From contig CAIIXF020000001.1 in NCBI GenBank assembly GCA_903813345.2, positions 3,224,001 through 3,288,000 of the forward strand: a DNA stretch of 64,000 bases, read 5' to 3'. The notes beneath the pieces were generated by a model that worked only from the letters and a program-made list of their open reading frames with translations, did no database searches and was not told the origin of the DNA. The DNA comes from Owenia fusiformis (lineage: Eukaryota). A program made the translations under genes and the position numbers. Numbering within the stretch: the first letter of the stretch is position 1; the number at the start of each line of letters is the position of its first letter. Shown piece after piece: positions 27,901-40,297 of the stretch.

Positions 27901-30900
27901 TAATACAGAAAGACTGCCTTGTACTGCTATGAAACCCTGCAATGTGAATGATATGGTGTATGTAGTGTACAGATATTAAAGAGTCCAATAGTACAGAGAG
28001 ACTGCCTTGTACTGCTATGAAACCCTGCAATGTGAATGATATGGTGTGTGTAGTGTACAGATATTAAAGAGTCCAATAGTACAGAGAGACTGCCTTGTAC
28101 TTCTATGAAACCCTGCAATGTGAATGATATGGTGTGTGTAGTGTACAGATATTAAAGAGTCCAATAGTACAGAGAGACTGCCTTGTACTGCTATGAAACC
28201 CTGCAATGTGAATGATATGGTGTATGTAGTGTACAGATATTAAAGAGTCCAATAGTACAGAAAGACTGCCTTGTACTGCTATGAGACCCTGCAATGTGAA
28301 TGATATGGTGTATGTAGTGTATAGGTTTACACAAAATATGCAACCCTTTAATTTCCGAAACACTCTCTCAGTTATGGTAGAATCTTCTTGATTTTTTTTG
28401 TGGAGAAAATGTGTTCATTGGAATAGTGAGTTCCATAGCATCAATAACTTTGAGACTTCAAGTTCTGTTGTGTGAAAGAGATGTTGTATGAGAGAGACTG
28501 TATTGTAATACTGTCTTTGAAGGCATATAATGTATACTGTATCCTCTTTACAAAATAAATAAATATTCTCACTAACTAACTTATATTTTAGTTATTTACA
28601 AATAATTTGAACTACATCCTTTCAGAAAAGCTGATTTTGAATAACATATGAATCTTATTAAGGTTAACCTCAGTCTTAACTATCTTAACTAATAAGTTTG
28701 GATACAATGTTGAAAGCATGTGTGTGGAATGTTATAGTGTAGCAGGCTTACCTTGTGGTCAATCAGCCTTGTACCAATCAGGGTCAGCGAGTCTCCGAGA
28801 AGTTTTAGATGGGCAGCGCCATCTACAGGGTTTGTACTGGTTGTCTGGAATGTATTATGATGCATTGTGAACAATCAAAATCTATGTACAATCAAAATTG
28901 AATTTCTAGATTTTCAACAAAATCTGCTATGTACCCGTACAATGGAATATAATGATTCACAGTTTGCAGTGTTAAAATTTATGGGGTGAATCAAATAAAA
29001 TGGAAAAAACTGAACTCATATATGTAGATTTTATTCTTCCACACCACTGACATATACATTGTGCATTAGAAAAATCACAGGTGTATACAGTCCCTAAACA
29101 TAATCAAATTAAACAGGCTTGACTGTATTATTGTGCAGTTGCCCCAAACACAATATTAAACATTCAAATATTGAAATAGTTTATGTCAAAATTACATTTA
29201 CAAAAGACATACCTTAGACATTGATGCACCCAGTTCTAGGGCTCCAGATACATTTGATGCCATACCCTTTATATGGCCTGTCATTTGTCGCTTAGTCATT
29301 GTACCGTATCTTTTCCCTTGTGCTTTGATGTACTGATTCTCATTGCTTTTCTTTACCACCTGCTGCATATTTTGTTCCATTGTCTTTTTACAAATCCTTT
29401 TAGCCTTTCTCTTCCAATTCTGAAATATTGATTGGGTTATAAAATCAGCCTTTCATTACCAATATTTTGGCAGGGGTTTCTCTAAGGACTCATTAATGTA
29501 AAATGTTATATAGGGTAAAAAATATGTACAACAAGCAATTGTTTTTTTTTATTTTGGTGATCCCTAAGTAATATCTCATGCAGTGGTATATTAGACAATT
29601 TTGTTTGGATCTTTAAAGGGTGACGCATATCGTTTAGCAAATCGAACGCTCGTTTCTGGTGTTGCTCACCATTTAGTATAAAAGGCTCGATCCCGGAATA
29701 ATACTCAAGGGTTCAAAGGCTCGAGGTCGTTGTGTCAACACCTCAAACTTTTATATAACATTGGTACAGTATAGATCGTCACATATTTATAAAAGGGAGA
29801 TTTTCATTTTGACAAATCAATTCCACATTTATGGGTGAAGTTTCAGGATCTTCTATTTGTGTATAATAAGGAAAATTGGCATCTAAAGGACGATTCTCGG
29901 TTTGGAGAACGAAGTTCATCAATCTAAATGAGCATTATCCCTGCTTCGGACAAATTTGATTTTTTTACATAATATAGATTCGAATGTCTTCTTTTGAATA
30001 GTCATAATTTAATTTGGGTAATATTTCTAGATTTTTCGCAAAAAAATATTAGCGCAGTACACTGATGAACTTCTTTCCCCAAATCGAGACGTTGTATTTT
30101 ATTGAATCGGTCTAATTGAGCGTTATCCCTGCTTCTGACCAATTTGTTATTTTTACATCTTGTAGATTTAAATGTCCTCTTTTGAATATTCATAGTTTAA
30201 TTTGGGTAATATTTTTATATTTTTCATGAAAAAAATTATTAGCCCAGGAGACTGTTCTCCAAACCGAGAATCGTCCTTTCCCCATAACGTAATAGCACAC
30301 AGCTTGGCATATAGAAATATCCTACAAATGAAACAAAGCAAGACAAACCTGTTTCTAATACAAGGATTTATATTGGCTGTTGTACATGTATTCTTTGAAC
30401 GCAATCACTCTTTGGATAACGTTTTCAAAATCATTATAAACGGATTACTTTATCTCAAAGACAATTTCAATAAACTGGATTTTACAGAACTCCCCTTATT
30501 TCTTAAAAATGGACTGATCCAGTTGATTCGCCTGGAGCCGCCATATTGTTTTCATACGGGATGCTAATCGGAACCCTTTAATTAACATTGCATTAGACTC
30601 AGTTATTAAAGTTGATTATGGATAAAATCAAAGAAAATTAAGAAAATCAAAATTTGGCACAACTCAGCAGATCAAACAAGATGACCTTTTTTATATTATT
30701 ATTAGCCATCAAATCAATACGTATTTTGTACTATTTTGTTTTTTCACATCAAAATGAAATTTCAAAGTCACATGTTACTTAACCCTTTCCCGACGTGAAT
30801 ATAAGAGAAAAATGTTGGCCCTGGTGACGGATATGTAAGAGCGGTTTTTAAGGGAAAACTGAAAATCACCTATGCCCCGGGACCTATACCCTGAATTTTA

Positions 30901-33900
30901 TTACTGAAATACAATTTTTAGTAAGGATTATCGCATTAGAACAACTTGTCAAAATTTGGTGTAAAAATACTGAATAGAACTTGAAATATTATCATTTAAT
31001 CAATGTATATAAATAAAAACAATGGTGCCAAAAGGAGCCTATCGTCCTGAAGGGTATTACATAATAGGGCTCCATATGGAGCCCATCGTTGTGAAAGGGT
31101 TAAAGGATCATGATTTTAATCGGAGGTTTCATAATATAGATTAAGTATTCCACTTTTTGGGATAATTACTCACCATTTTCTCTTTTTCTGGGAGGCCATG
31201 CCATCTTTCACCAAGCATTTTACTCGTTGTAGCAAAATCTAAATTAAAGAAATAATTTGAATGAATGACAATCACAAATAAAAATGGTGGCTACAACGAC
31301 ATGTCACCCCTTCTTGGTGGTGACAAGAAAACAGTTGTATTCCCAGAATAGCAATGATTTATTCTAATCCCAATGTTGCATACGATCAGCATTCTCAAAT
31401 CCATATGAAAGAGTATTTATATGAATACCGTATTATCTCTAATAGATGCACACACTCCACTGTGCGTTTATTGGAGAGAATCGGTAGTGCAGTTATCTTA
31501 CAACTGATTAGTGCTGCTATTTCAAATTGTCTTACTGATAATAGGGGGTCTTACCAAGGTCAGGTTTCTGTTCTTGAATACGACCTCTGATGGACTTACA
31601 GTACAACATATAAGCTGTAGGCCCTGAACGCCTCCTTCTCTTCTTCTGAAAATAAATACAATACACTTTAACAAAACGGTAAGTCTACTTTTTGTAGCTG
31701 ATGCTGTAAATTTTTTTAATAAACTTTTAATTTTTGAAAATGTAGTTTACACAACTTGAAGATTATCCAGAATAAAAGATTCTAGTTTCATGTAAATCAT
31801 CATACATGTGATATCATTAACTCATCATACATGTGATATTATTAACTCCTCATACATGTGATATCATTAACTCATCATACATGTGATATTATTAACTCCT
31901 CATACATGTGATATTATTAACTCCTCATACATGTGATATCATTAACTCATCATACATGTGATATTATTAACTCCTCATACATGTGATATTATTAACTCCT
32001 CATACATGTGATATTATTAACTCCTCATACATGTGATATTATTAACTCATCAAATATGTGATATTATTAACTCATCATACATGTGATATTATTAACTCCT
32101 CATACATGTGATATTATTAACTCATCAAATATGTGATATTATTAACTCATCAAATATGTGATTTTATTAACTCATCATACATGTGATATTATTAACTCAT
32201 CAAATATGTGATATTATTAACTCATCAAATATGTGATTTTATTAACTCATCATACATGTGATATTATTAACTCATCAAATATGTAATATTATTAACTCAT
32301 CATACATATGATATTATTAACTCATCATACAAATGATATTATTAACTCATCAAATATGTGATATTATTCATAATGTGTATACCTTTGATGCAGATTGGTG
32401 CTTCCCTTTGCGTTTCACAACTTCACCAGACTTCAGGCATTCAAATTGCTGTGGGGAATCCTGGGAAAGCATCTCCTCTGATGATCCTGGCAATAATTCC
32501 CCGCCATCTGGAGAGAGTAAAATAAAATCAGTCTCTGCTTGCAATGAAATCATAAAGTTTAAATATTCACAATTAATTTAATTAATGCATGAAAACTACA
32601 CTAGGAATGAATTAAAAGTAGAAAATATATTATGAATGATATGATGTTCCATTATAAGTGAATTAAAATTAGAAAATATTTATGATCATCTATTTGGAAG
32701 GAGTCAACATGCAATGTACAAATATGTATTTATCAAAACACAGATATGTTAATATGTACAGATTTTCTTTTTCAAAAACTATAAACACTTTATAATGAGA
32801 TAATATATAACACATTCCATCTGACTTTCAACTTTACCTTCCCCTATTTTCACTTTCTTATTCACTTTCGGAACTTTTTGAGTTTTTGCCTTCTTTGGTT
32901 TTGGTTCCTTTGGGAGTTTAAATGTTGGCTTAACCTCTGTTGATCCCCCTAGGAATGACCCCTCAGATTCATCTTCAATTGGCTCATTTTCAACAGTTTC
33001 TACTGTCGTTTCAATTGTTTCTAGAAGCAGATGCATGCAGGCACTAAATAAACACATGGAACAACTAACAGAACAATGATACACGTAGCAACTTAGCCTG
33101 GTAGCAATTTAGCAATTAAAACTAACAAAATATTATAATTAACATGTTAGTACAAACCAGTCTTAAAGTAGAACCATCATTTGTAAAGAAAATTGTTGGT
33201 ATTGCGATGAATTGCTCATAATGTTCTCTGTAATCTTCAAATAACTTACATTTGAAAGCGTCAAATGCTCCAGATTTTGAAAACAAGGTTTGCACCCATT
33301 TGATATTTTGAAAACAAGGCTTGCATCCACTTAAGATTTTGAAAAAATGCTTGGACCCGCATGAATCCATTTGCACAAACTTAAAAGTGAGAAAAATCAT
33401 GAAGGCTGGTTTATCTGGACCAATTTTGAATATTAATTTGTGTTTCTCTGAAATTTCCCATACTGCAGAAACCTTGTACACTACCCCATTAATTACTAAG
33501 CACAATATTCTATCTTCGACAAAGGGAACAGAACAGATATTTTCTTTTATATATACTTTAATTGATATGAACAAACTGAATAAAACAACTCGACTAGACA
33601 ATGGCAACTCCAGGCGCAGCAATTCTCACCATACGCACTAGTTATGCGCTTTTAAAGCAAATCAAGTCAAAAGAATCCCAGATACTGTCCCTTCAGAAAT
33701 GAGGATGGCAGTTTTCAATGTCCATTTTTGAATCATAAATTCGTGAAAACTAAGTAACTAAAATATTTATTATATATGAGATATCTTTATCCGGACAGAC
33801 ACATAGATGGATAAACATATGATGGACATTTTCTATATCCCATTTGAATCTCAGTTAGAGGAATAAAAATATGTTAAATTATTGAACTGTAACAAAGCAA

Positions 33901-36900
33901 ACATAATTTCCTAGTAAAACAAAAACAGCCAAATGTCAATTTTCTTTGAAATAATTACCCGATTCATCCTCATCATGCAACATAGATGGCAGCACTACCT
34001 CATGGACAGGTATTTCATCTTCGGGCTCATCAAAACATCGCTCTACTGTAATTGACTCCATTTCTGATGCTATACTCTTTTTCGGTTTCTTTGGAGCTTT
34101 TGGTTTCTTAACTTTAGGGGTTTTTGCAGTCTTAACTGGAGAGGGTGCCTCTGAGGCAAACACAGAACCTCCTAACTAAAATGATAGATGCTGATTATAC
34201 AGCGTGCCAAATATCAGGGGCCAAATATATACAAGGTGTCAAATAAATATGTTCACCTCCTTGATTTCAAGAGTATGAACATATTTGCATAAAAGTGCAT
34301 CTAGTTGAGCTAGTCAAATGAAACTTCTAGTAGAGTTGCTTCATGAAGCCAAGTTTTAAGGTGCTAAAGAACAATTCAAATATCATACAGACAAAAAAGA
34401 CAGAAACATTTTGTGGATGATAAAGTTGAGGGGAAACATATTTGTTTGACACCCTGTATATATCAATATGTTCTCTCCCCTTATCTTCAAAAGTATCCAT
34501 TATTGTAGAAGAGAAAACAAATATCAAAGCTGTACCAATTAGTATGCAATATTCTCAGTCATACAAAAATGATGTATAAATAGAATATTCTCAGTCATAC
34601 AAAAATGATGTATAAATAGAATATCCTAAGTCATACAAAAATGATGTTTAAAGAGAATATTCTCAGTCATACAAAAATGATGTTTAAATAGAATATTCTC
34701 AGTCATACAAAAATGATGTATAAATAGAATATCCTAAGTCATACAAAAATGATGTTTAAAGAGAATATTCTCAGTCATACAAAAATGATGTTTAAATAGA
34801 ATATTCTCAGTAATACAAAAATGATGTTTAAATAGAATATTCTCAGTCATACAAAAATGATGTTTAAATATAATATTCTCAGTCATATAAAAGTGATATA
34901 TAAATAGAATATCCTAAGTCATACAAAAATGATGTTTAAATAGAATATTTTCATTCATACAAAAATGATGTTTATATAGAATATTCTCAGTCATACAAAA
35001 ATGATGTTTAAATAGAATATTCTCAGTCATAAAAAATGATGTTTAAATAGAATATTTTCAGTCATACAAAAATGATGTTTAAATAGAATATTCTCAGTCA
35101 TACAAAAATGATGTTTAATAGAATATTCCCAGTCATACAAAAATGATGTTTAAATAGAATATTCTCAGTCATACAAAAATGATGTTTAAATAGAATATTC
35201 TCAGTCATACAAAAATGATGTTTAAATAGAATATTTTCATTCATACAAAAATGATGTTTAAATAGAATATTCTCAGTCATACAAAAATGATGTTTAATAG
35301 AATATATTCTCAGTCATACAAAAATGATGTTTAAATAGAATATTTTCATTCATACAAAAATGATGTTTATTAAATAGAATATTCTCAGTCATACAAAAAT
35401 GATGTTTAATAGAATATTCTCAGTCATACAAAAATGATGTATAAATAGAATATTCTCAGTCATACAAAAATGATATATGAATAGAATATTCTCAGTCATA
35501 CAAAAATGATGTTTAAATAGAATATTCTCAGTCATACAAAAATGATATATAAATTGAATATTCTCAGTCATACAAAAATGATGTTTAAATAGAATATTCT
35601 CAGTCATACAAAAATGATATATAAATTGAATATTCTCAGTCATACAAAAATGATGTTTAAATAGAATATTCTCAGGCATACAAAAATGATATATAAATTG
35701 AATATTCTCAGTCATACAAAAATGATATACAAATAGAATATGTACTCACTTCCAGTTCTGATTCTTCAGATTCAAACTTTATTTCCTTTTTGGGAATTTT
35801 AGGTGTTTTGGGAATTTTTGGTTTAGCTGGCTTCTTTGCAGATTTTGGTGGGGGAGTAGCTACCACAAGTGGGTCATCCATTGGTTCAATAGCCATACCA
35901 GGGTTAGTTTCAACTTCAGCTGTTACATCCTTCTTCTTTTTGGGAGTTTTCTTGGGTGCCTTTTTGGGTTTCTGCTCAGATGAGGCAACGACTGTCTCAA
36001 CACCAGGGTCAGATCCCAAATGAATCTTTAACTTTAGCGCACTTGTATTATCACTTTGTGTTTCAACATCTTGTGGCTTTAATGAATAAAGTAAATGTAT
36101 GAAAAATCAATGCATGTACATTTAAATGTAGTTAGTTAATAATGGAGTACAGTATTTTGCAAGTAACGATTTGAGAATATTGACAAAGATATAATCTGTT
36201 GACTTTTAGATTAAAAATATGAAATCGCATAAACTGACTATCTAGAGTCAAGTAAATGTGTAAACTGTAGTGCTATGTCACATAGGTTAGCTGACAAATG
36301 TTAGGAAATGATACTCTGACATCTCTTATCAATAGTGACTCATAAACAAAGTCAACGAAAGTAAATACCTGCATCACTTCTTCAAGTTGAACAGATTTAC
36401 TCTTCTTTGTGGTAGACTTGGTTGCAGCATCTGTGTCCAATGTAGCTACACTGGGGGCAGGGGAGGTAAGTAGGAGTTTAATCATGCTCTCATCATCCTT
36501 ACCAGGTGAAGCCTCTTGTACCACTGGAGCACTTTTAGATTTCTTGGGACTCTTGGCAGTTACAGGGGAATCTTTTGGACTTCCCATACTAGCTAAAGGA
36601 GATGTTGGCTCTGATTTCATGGACTTTTTCTATGGATATAAAGAAAGTGAAGTTGGTTAACGCATTAGTTTTTACATGAGTGCTACTATTTTTGAATTAA
36701 TGATTATGCATCTCCTCATAATTTGTATGTACAGTGTATTGATCACAAATTGACACTGATCTCACTTAAAACTTACAGATGAGGATGAGATATGGCAACA
36801 ATCCACATGATACTTACTTTTGATGCATTCACATTTGTTTTGTGGTCCTCTAACTGCTCCAATTCTTCTGCATCCGCCATAGCATCTTCTTCCATTTCTC

Positions 36901-38132
36901 GTAGCTTTGATGATTTCTTCCTTATCCTCCCAGTGGATCGAGATACAACTGGTTGCGTGTCTGCAAGAATGACAGATGTTGTGATTGTTCGATACAATTT
37001 ATGCAAACGACCAGAAAACATATCCAAAATTGTTCAATGGTAGATATTTAATTATGGACAAAATTCTTAAAATCACGAACCAACTTTTATAAAGCTTTTG
37101 ACACCTGTTTTTTAAGATGTCTGGAGTTGGTAAGAAACTGGTTAATTTGACTTGATCTTTGAACTGGCTACTCAAGAAGTAAAGTCCTGGGAAAATCTTA
37201 TATCCTACATCCCTGTTAAGTTCCATTTATTAATATGGATGGCTTCTTTCATCTTCTGTCAAAATCAATGATTCTGCACTCCCAGCTTATCCTGGGTGCT
37301 TCACCAAATGAATGTTGAGTGATTACAGATTTGTCTGTGTTTATGTTCTTTTATTCTAGCTGATCCCTATTATTCTGCCTGTTAGCCTATATCCTGTATA
37401 TTTCTTGGTTAGTATTTTGAAGAATTTTATAATTATTAAAAATAAATTTCTCTATCAAGTGGGTGCAAAATACACTTGAACCTCAATACATCTTTTTTTA
37501 ATTGTCTGTTCAATTTGAAGAATCAAAAAAATGGCAAACTTGATATTGAACTTATCTTTTTTATTTCTGTTGAGAATATTTGAAATCCTCTTGCAACAGC
37601 CTAATCTGGCAGATTACATTGTACCCCTGTTCTGTTTTCCTCTATACCCACCACCGATTAACCCCTATCCCATACTCCAATATTTTTCCATCACTGCTAT
37701 ACACTGTAATCCCCTTGTGATGAAAAGCACTTGAAGATACTACTCTTACATTTACTGAATTGATGTAACTGTATATCTCTCATCATAAAATAACAAATTA
37801 AGAGGGTGGTTTCCTAAAGTCGATGGATGAGTGTGCATCATTTCCGCGCATCTCACTTTTGGTTTCAGTTTCGATGCTGTAATTTGATTATTGACTGTAT
37901 ATTACTTGAACAAATAAACTGCTGCACATGATCTAAATTGTATATTACAGTTGAATGAAAATAATTCAAAGATGAGAATCAATGATCACATACATTTAAA
38001 TGGTGATCCATTGGCAGCATCATCCTCATCTTCATCAACTGCATCCTTCGTCTTCTTAGGTTTTGTTAAATAATCTTCAGCATCACCATCATCCTTGCTT
38101 GATGCCTTTCTCTTCCTTGGTTTGCTAGCCAT
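24954..38132 (-). CDS. HMGXB4: HMG box-containing protein 4-like
   Basis: Exons: 38132-37994, 36960-36818, 36629-36369, 36076-35750, 34175-33959, 33020-32838, ~32537(or 32507)-32383, 31645-31555 and 31238-31174 (HMG box: [12 protein letters not shown]...[26 protein letters not shown]), 29419-29213, 28844-28752 ([15 protein letters not shown]), 25121-24954 ([21 protein letters not shown]...[11 protein letters not shown]). The C-terminus matches the HMGXB4 end as I recall it (...LDNIAYIMPGL). Confidence 0.9.
25067..28323. repeat. 88-bp minisatellite, about 37 copies; unit is the intron 3' end plus the first ~55 nt of the HMGXB4 last exon
   Basis: Minus-strand unit TACACTACATACACCATATCATTCACATTGCAG|GGTTTCATAGCAGTACAAGGCAGTCTTTCTGTACTATTGGACTCTTTAATATCTG. 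Exon-start positions run from 28288 to 25121, a span of 36x88 minus 1. Confidence 0.97.
29617..30577. mobile_element. Kolobok-like non-autonomous element candidate
   Basis: TTAA|AGGGT...ACCCT|TTAA ends. Internal inverted GACGATTCTCGGTTTGGAGAAC (29891 and 30254) and an internal direct repeat. TIR match is weak. Confidence 0.45.
30783..31099. mobile_element. piggyBac-like MITE
   Basis: TTAA|CCCTTTCCCGACG...CGTTGTGAAAGGG|TTAA: TTAA TSD with CCC/GGG termini. Confidence 0.75.
31798..32370. repeat. 25-bp minisatellite, about 23 copies, intronic and abutting the donor at 32382
   Basis: Unit CATACATGTGATATTATTAACTC(A/C)T. Confidence 0.95.
34547..35741. repeat. 36-bp minisatellite, about 33 copies, intronic and abutting the donor at 35749
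   Basis: Unit AGAATATTCTCAGTCATACAAAAATGATGTTTAAAT. Confidence 0.95.
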
Positions 38133-38869
38133 ACCGTCCTCTATCACTTCACAAGTTCACATACACCTGGAACAATCATGAAACAGATACTACAAGCATT
38201 GTACAGTTTCTTTGATAATAACTTAAAAATTGAAATTTGAAAATTTCATTTAGCTAACAAAGCTGTTTTTGTTTTAACACAAATTATTCGGGGCTACATT
38301 GGTGCACTTTTCACCTAACTATCTGAAATATACAAAAGTTAGGCCCTGTGCATATGTTTCTATTTTTCGTATACTGTTGCAATATGGTCATTTGACTGCT
38401 TATCTTTTAAATTCAAAGTATTTCTTGTACTCAATAAAATTTGGAATCAGACTACGATAAATGAAATGCGAACTGTATATTTCGGAACTAGAACTATCTG
38501 CACTGTTACAGATGGCGAACACCAACCACAAACACAGAAACCACTTTTGATGGTGATATAAAAAACTTTAAAAAATTAGAAAATATACATTTTATATAAT
38601 CATGATATCGGAGAATAAGCACGAAAGGAAGGATTAGCCAGAAAACATGTCAATCATATGTCAGATGAGCATAGGAACAGGCGATACTAAGAAGTGCACT
38701 GAAAAGATTGCTTGGAGACTAAATATACTGAGTCTGAATCCCGGGATCTAATCCTCATAATGGCTAATTAGACATCAGTTTATATAAATGCCTTTAGCTT
38801 ACCAAAAATGGCACAGTCAGAGAGAATGTTTCTGGCGAAATTCTGGGACTTCAAATACTTTTAAGTTGG

Positions 38870-40297
38870 GAAACCGGAAGTGCTTACCTTTTTTAATTCC
38901 CGAATCTCTCCGAAATTAGCTCATCTTGGTGACTGTAAATTGCACAGCTGTATTCAATGGAGTCTTGTCATATTCGATCAGCCTCAATTTTAAAGTGTAT
39001 ATTTTATTTTTAACGTGATTTCATCGTTTTTTGTCGACTGGTAACAATCCGCGGGGCTAATGGCAAGATGGATGACTTTTGACCTGACCTTGACCGATGG
39101 TGATCACGTCATCAATATTACCAAGATGGCGGTTTCAAAATTTTCTAAAATCGCTTCAAATAATATTATGTTAATTCCTAGCGAGTTAAGATATCTCTTA
39201 GTTTGCTATTTCACAATAAGATAACAAAATGTGTAAGGAATTCGTATTTATCAATTAAAACATCACATCGACATTTGGTATTCGTAAACTAGACGATGAA
39301 GATAACGACCTCGAAATAAAACAAAAGAGCGAGGACGGGATTCGAACCCGGGCCTCCAGCGTGCTAAGCGAGGATTCTCCCCCTAGACCACCGATATGTT
39401 ACATATGGTATTGGGATTTAAACGCTACTTATTTTGAATGCTACGATTCGGAAGTGACGTCACGTTCTTCACGTTTTGTTTGAGAGCGAGAACGAGACGT
39501 GTCAGAAGCCCGGCTTTTTTGTCAGTCGACCTGTTCAAAGTACATTTAGTTATAATTATCGCTTTCCAGAACAATTTAGGAAACAATATTTTCTATCTAC
39601 GTCGATTACAAAGCATCTAAGGTACGTAAATTTATATGAACAACTGAGTCAATAGGGATAAATAGCCCAACGAGAGTCGGCGGTCTTAAAAAATACTTGG
39701 ATCTGGATGCCAGTCCTGGTATAAATATAGTTCCAGGGCAATTCGAAGAACGTATTAGATGTCCGTGAAAAATGGTGGGAAACACCAACTTTTACTCTGG
39801 TTTACAAAGACCAATTTGAACAAATCTCTCACTCAAATTCGAATTCAAGAACACAAAATAGATCTTTTAGAATAACATTTTATTATTTAAACACGTTTCA
39901 AATGATTTATATTTTGCAAATACGGAATAAAACCGAAATTATTTACCTGATTTTGAACTGTTGTTTTCGAATGGGCGATAATGGAGAACTAAATTTGAGA
40001 ACAAACCAAGTAAATATCTTCTACCACTTCTGTTTTCAATTTCATATTGGATCAGATTATGAAATTAGAAATAATCAATCATCTGAATTTTGAAATAGTA
40101 TATAATACGAATGTGCAGTTATAGTATCTAAACAGATCACAAACCTTTTGGCGACGTTGACATCCGTATATTTTCCCTCACATTTAAAACTTCCGGTTCA
40201 AGAAAAATTTCACGACTTTTGTTTTCGTAACATAAACATCATTTAGTGTCATAAACGCCTGTAATTTGGTATACTGTTTAGATCGAATTATAGAACT
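38870..40297. promoter_or_regulatory. Divergent promoter region of HMGXB4 and UBE3C
   Basis: Probable HMGXB4 non-coding first exon with donor at ~38887 and acceptor at ~38167. ETS-like CCGGAAGT (38874) and ACTTCCGG (~40189), YY1-like CAAGATGGCGG (39122), CRE TGACGTCA (39455). Locally CpG-rich. Confidence 0.6.
39327..39398 (-). pseudogene. tRNA-derived sequence (tRNA-Pro-like body), pseudo-tRNA or SINE head
   Basis: Minus strand TCGGTGGTCTAGGGGGAGAATCCTCGCTTAGCACGCTGGAGGCCCGGGTTCGAATCCCG has A and B boxes and a T-arm, followed by TTTT. The acceptor stem does not pair. Confidence 0.6.

Noticed and set aside
25121-28288. Recursive splicing through the acceptor array
   Set aside because: Acceptors read AG|GGT rather than AG|GT, so re-splicing would not regenerate a zero-length junction.
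25067-28323. CRISPR array, or a family of about 35 small 63-aa genes
   Set aside because: No unique spacers, eukaryotic context and no cas genes. The ORFs start at TTG and are by-products of the 88-bp period.
33122-33641. 166-aa and 106-aa overlapping intronic ORFs as a transposase
   Set aside because: Non-ATG starts and no catalytic or domain motifs recognised.
35098-35715. [12 protein letters not shown] repeat proteins
   Set aside because: Translations of the intronic 36-bp minisatellite, with no splice support.
39327-39398. Functional tRNA-Ala(AGC) gene
   Set aside because: The acceptor stem cannot pair and the anticodon stem is imperfect, so it is reported as tRNA-derived only.
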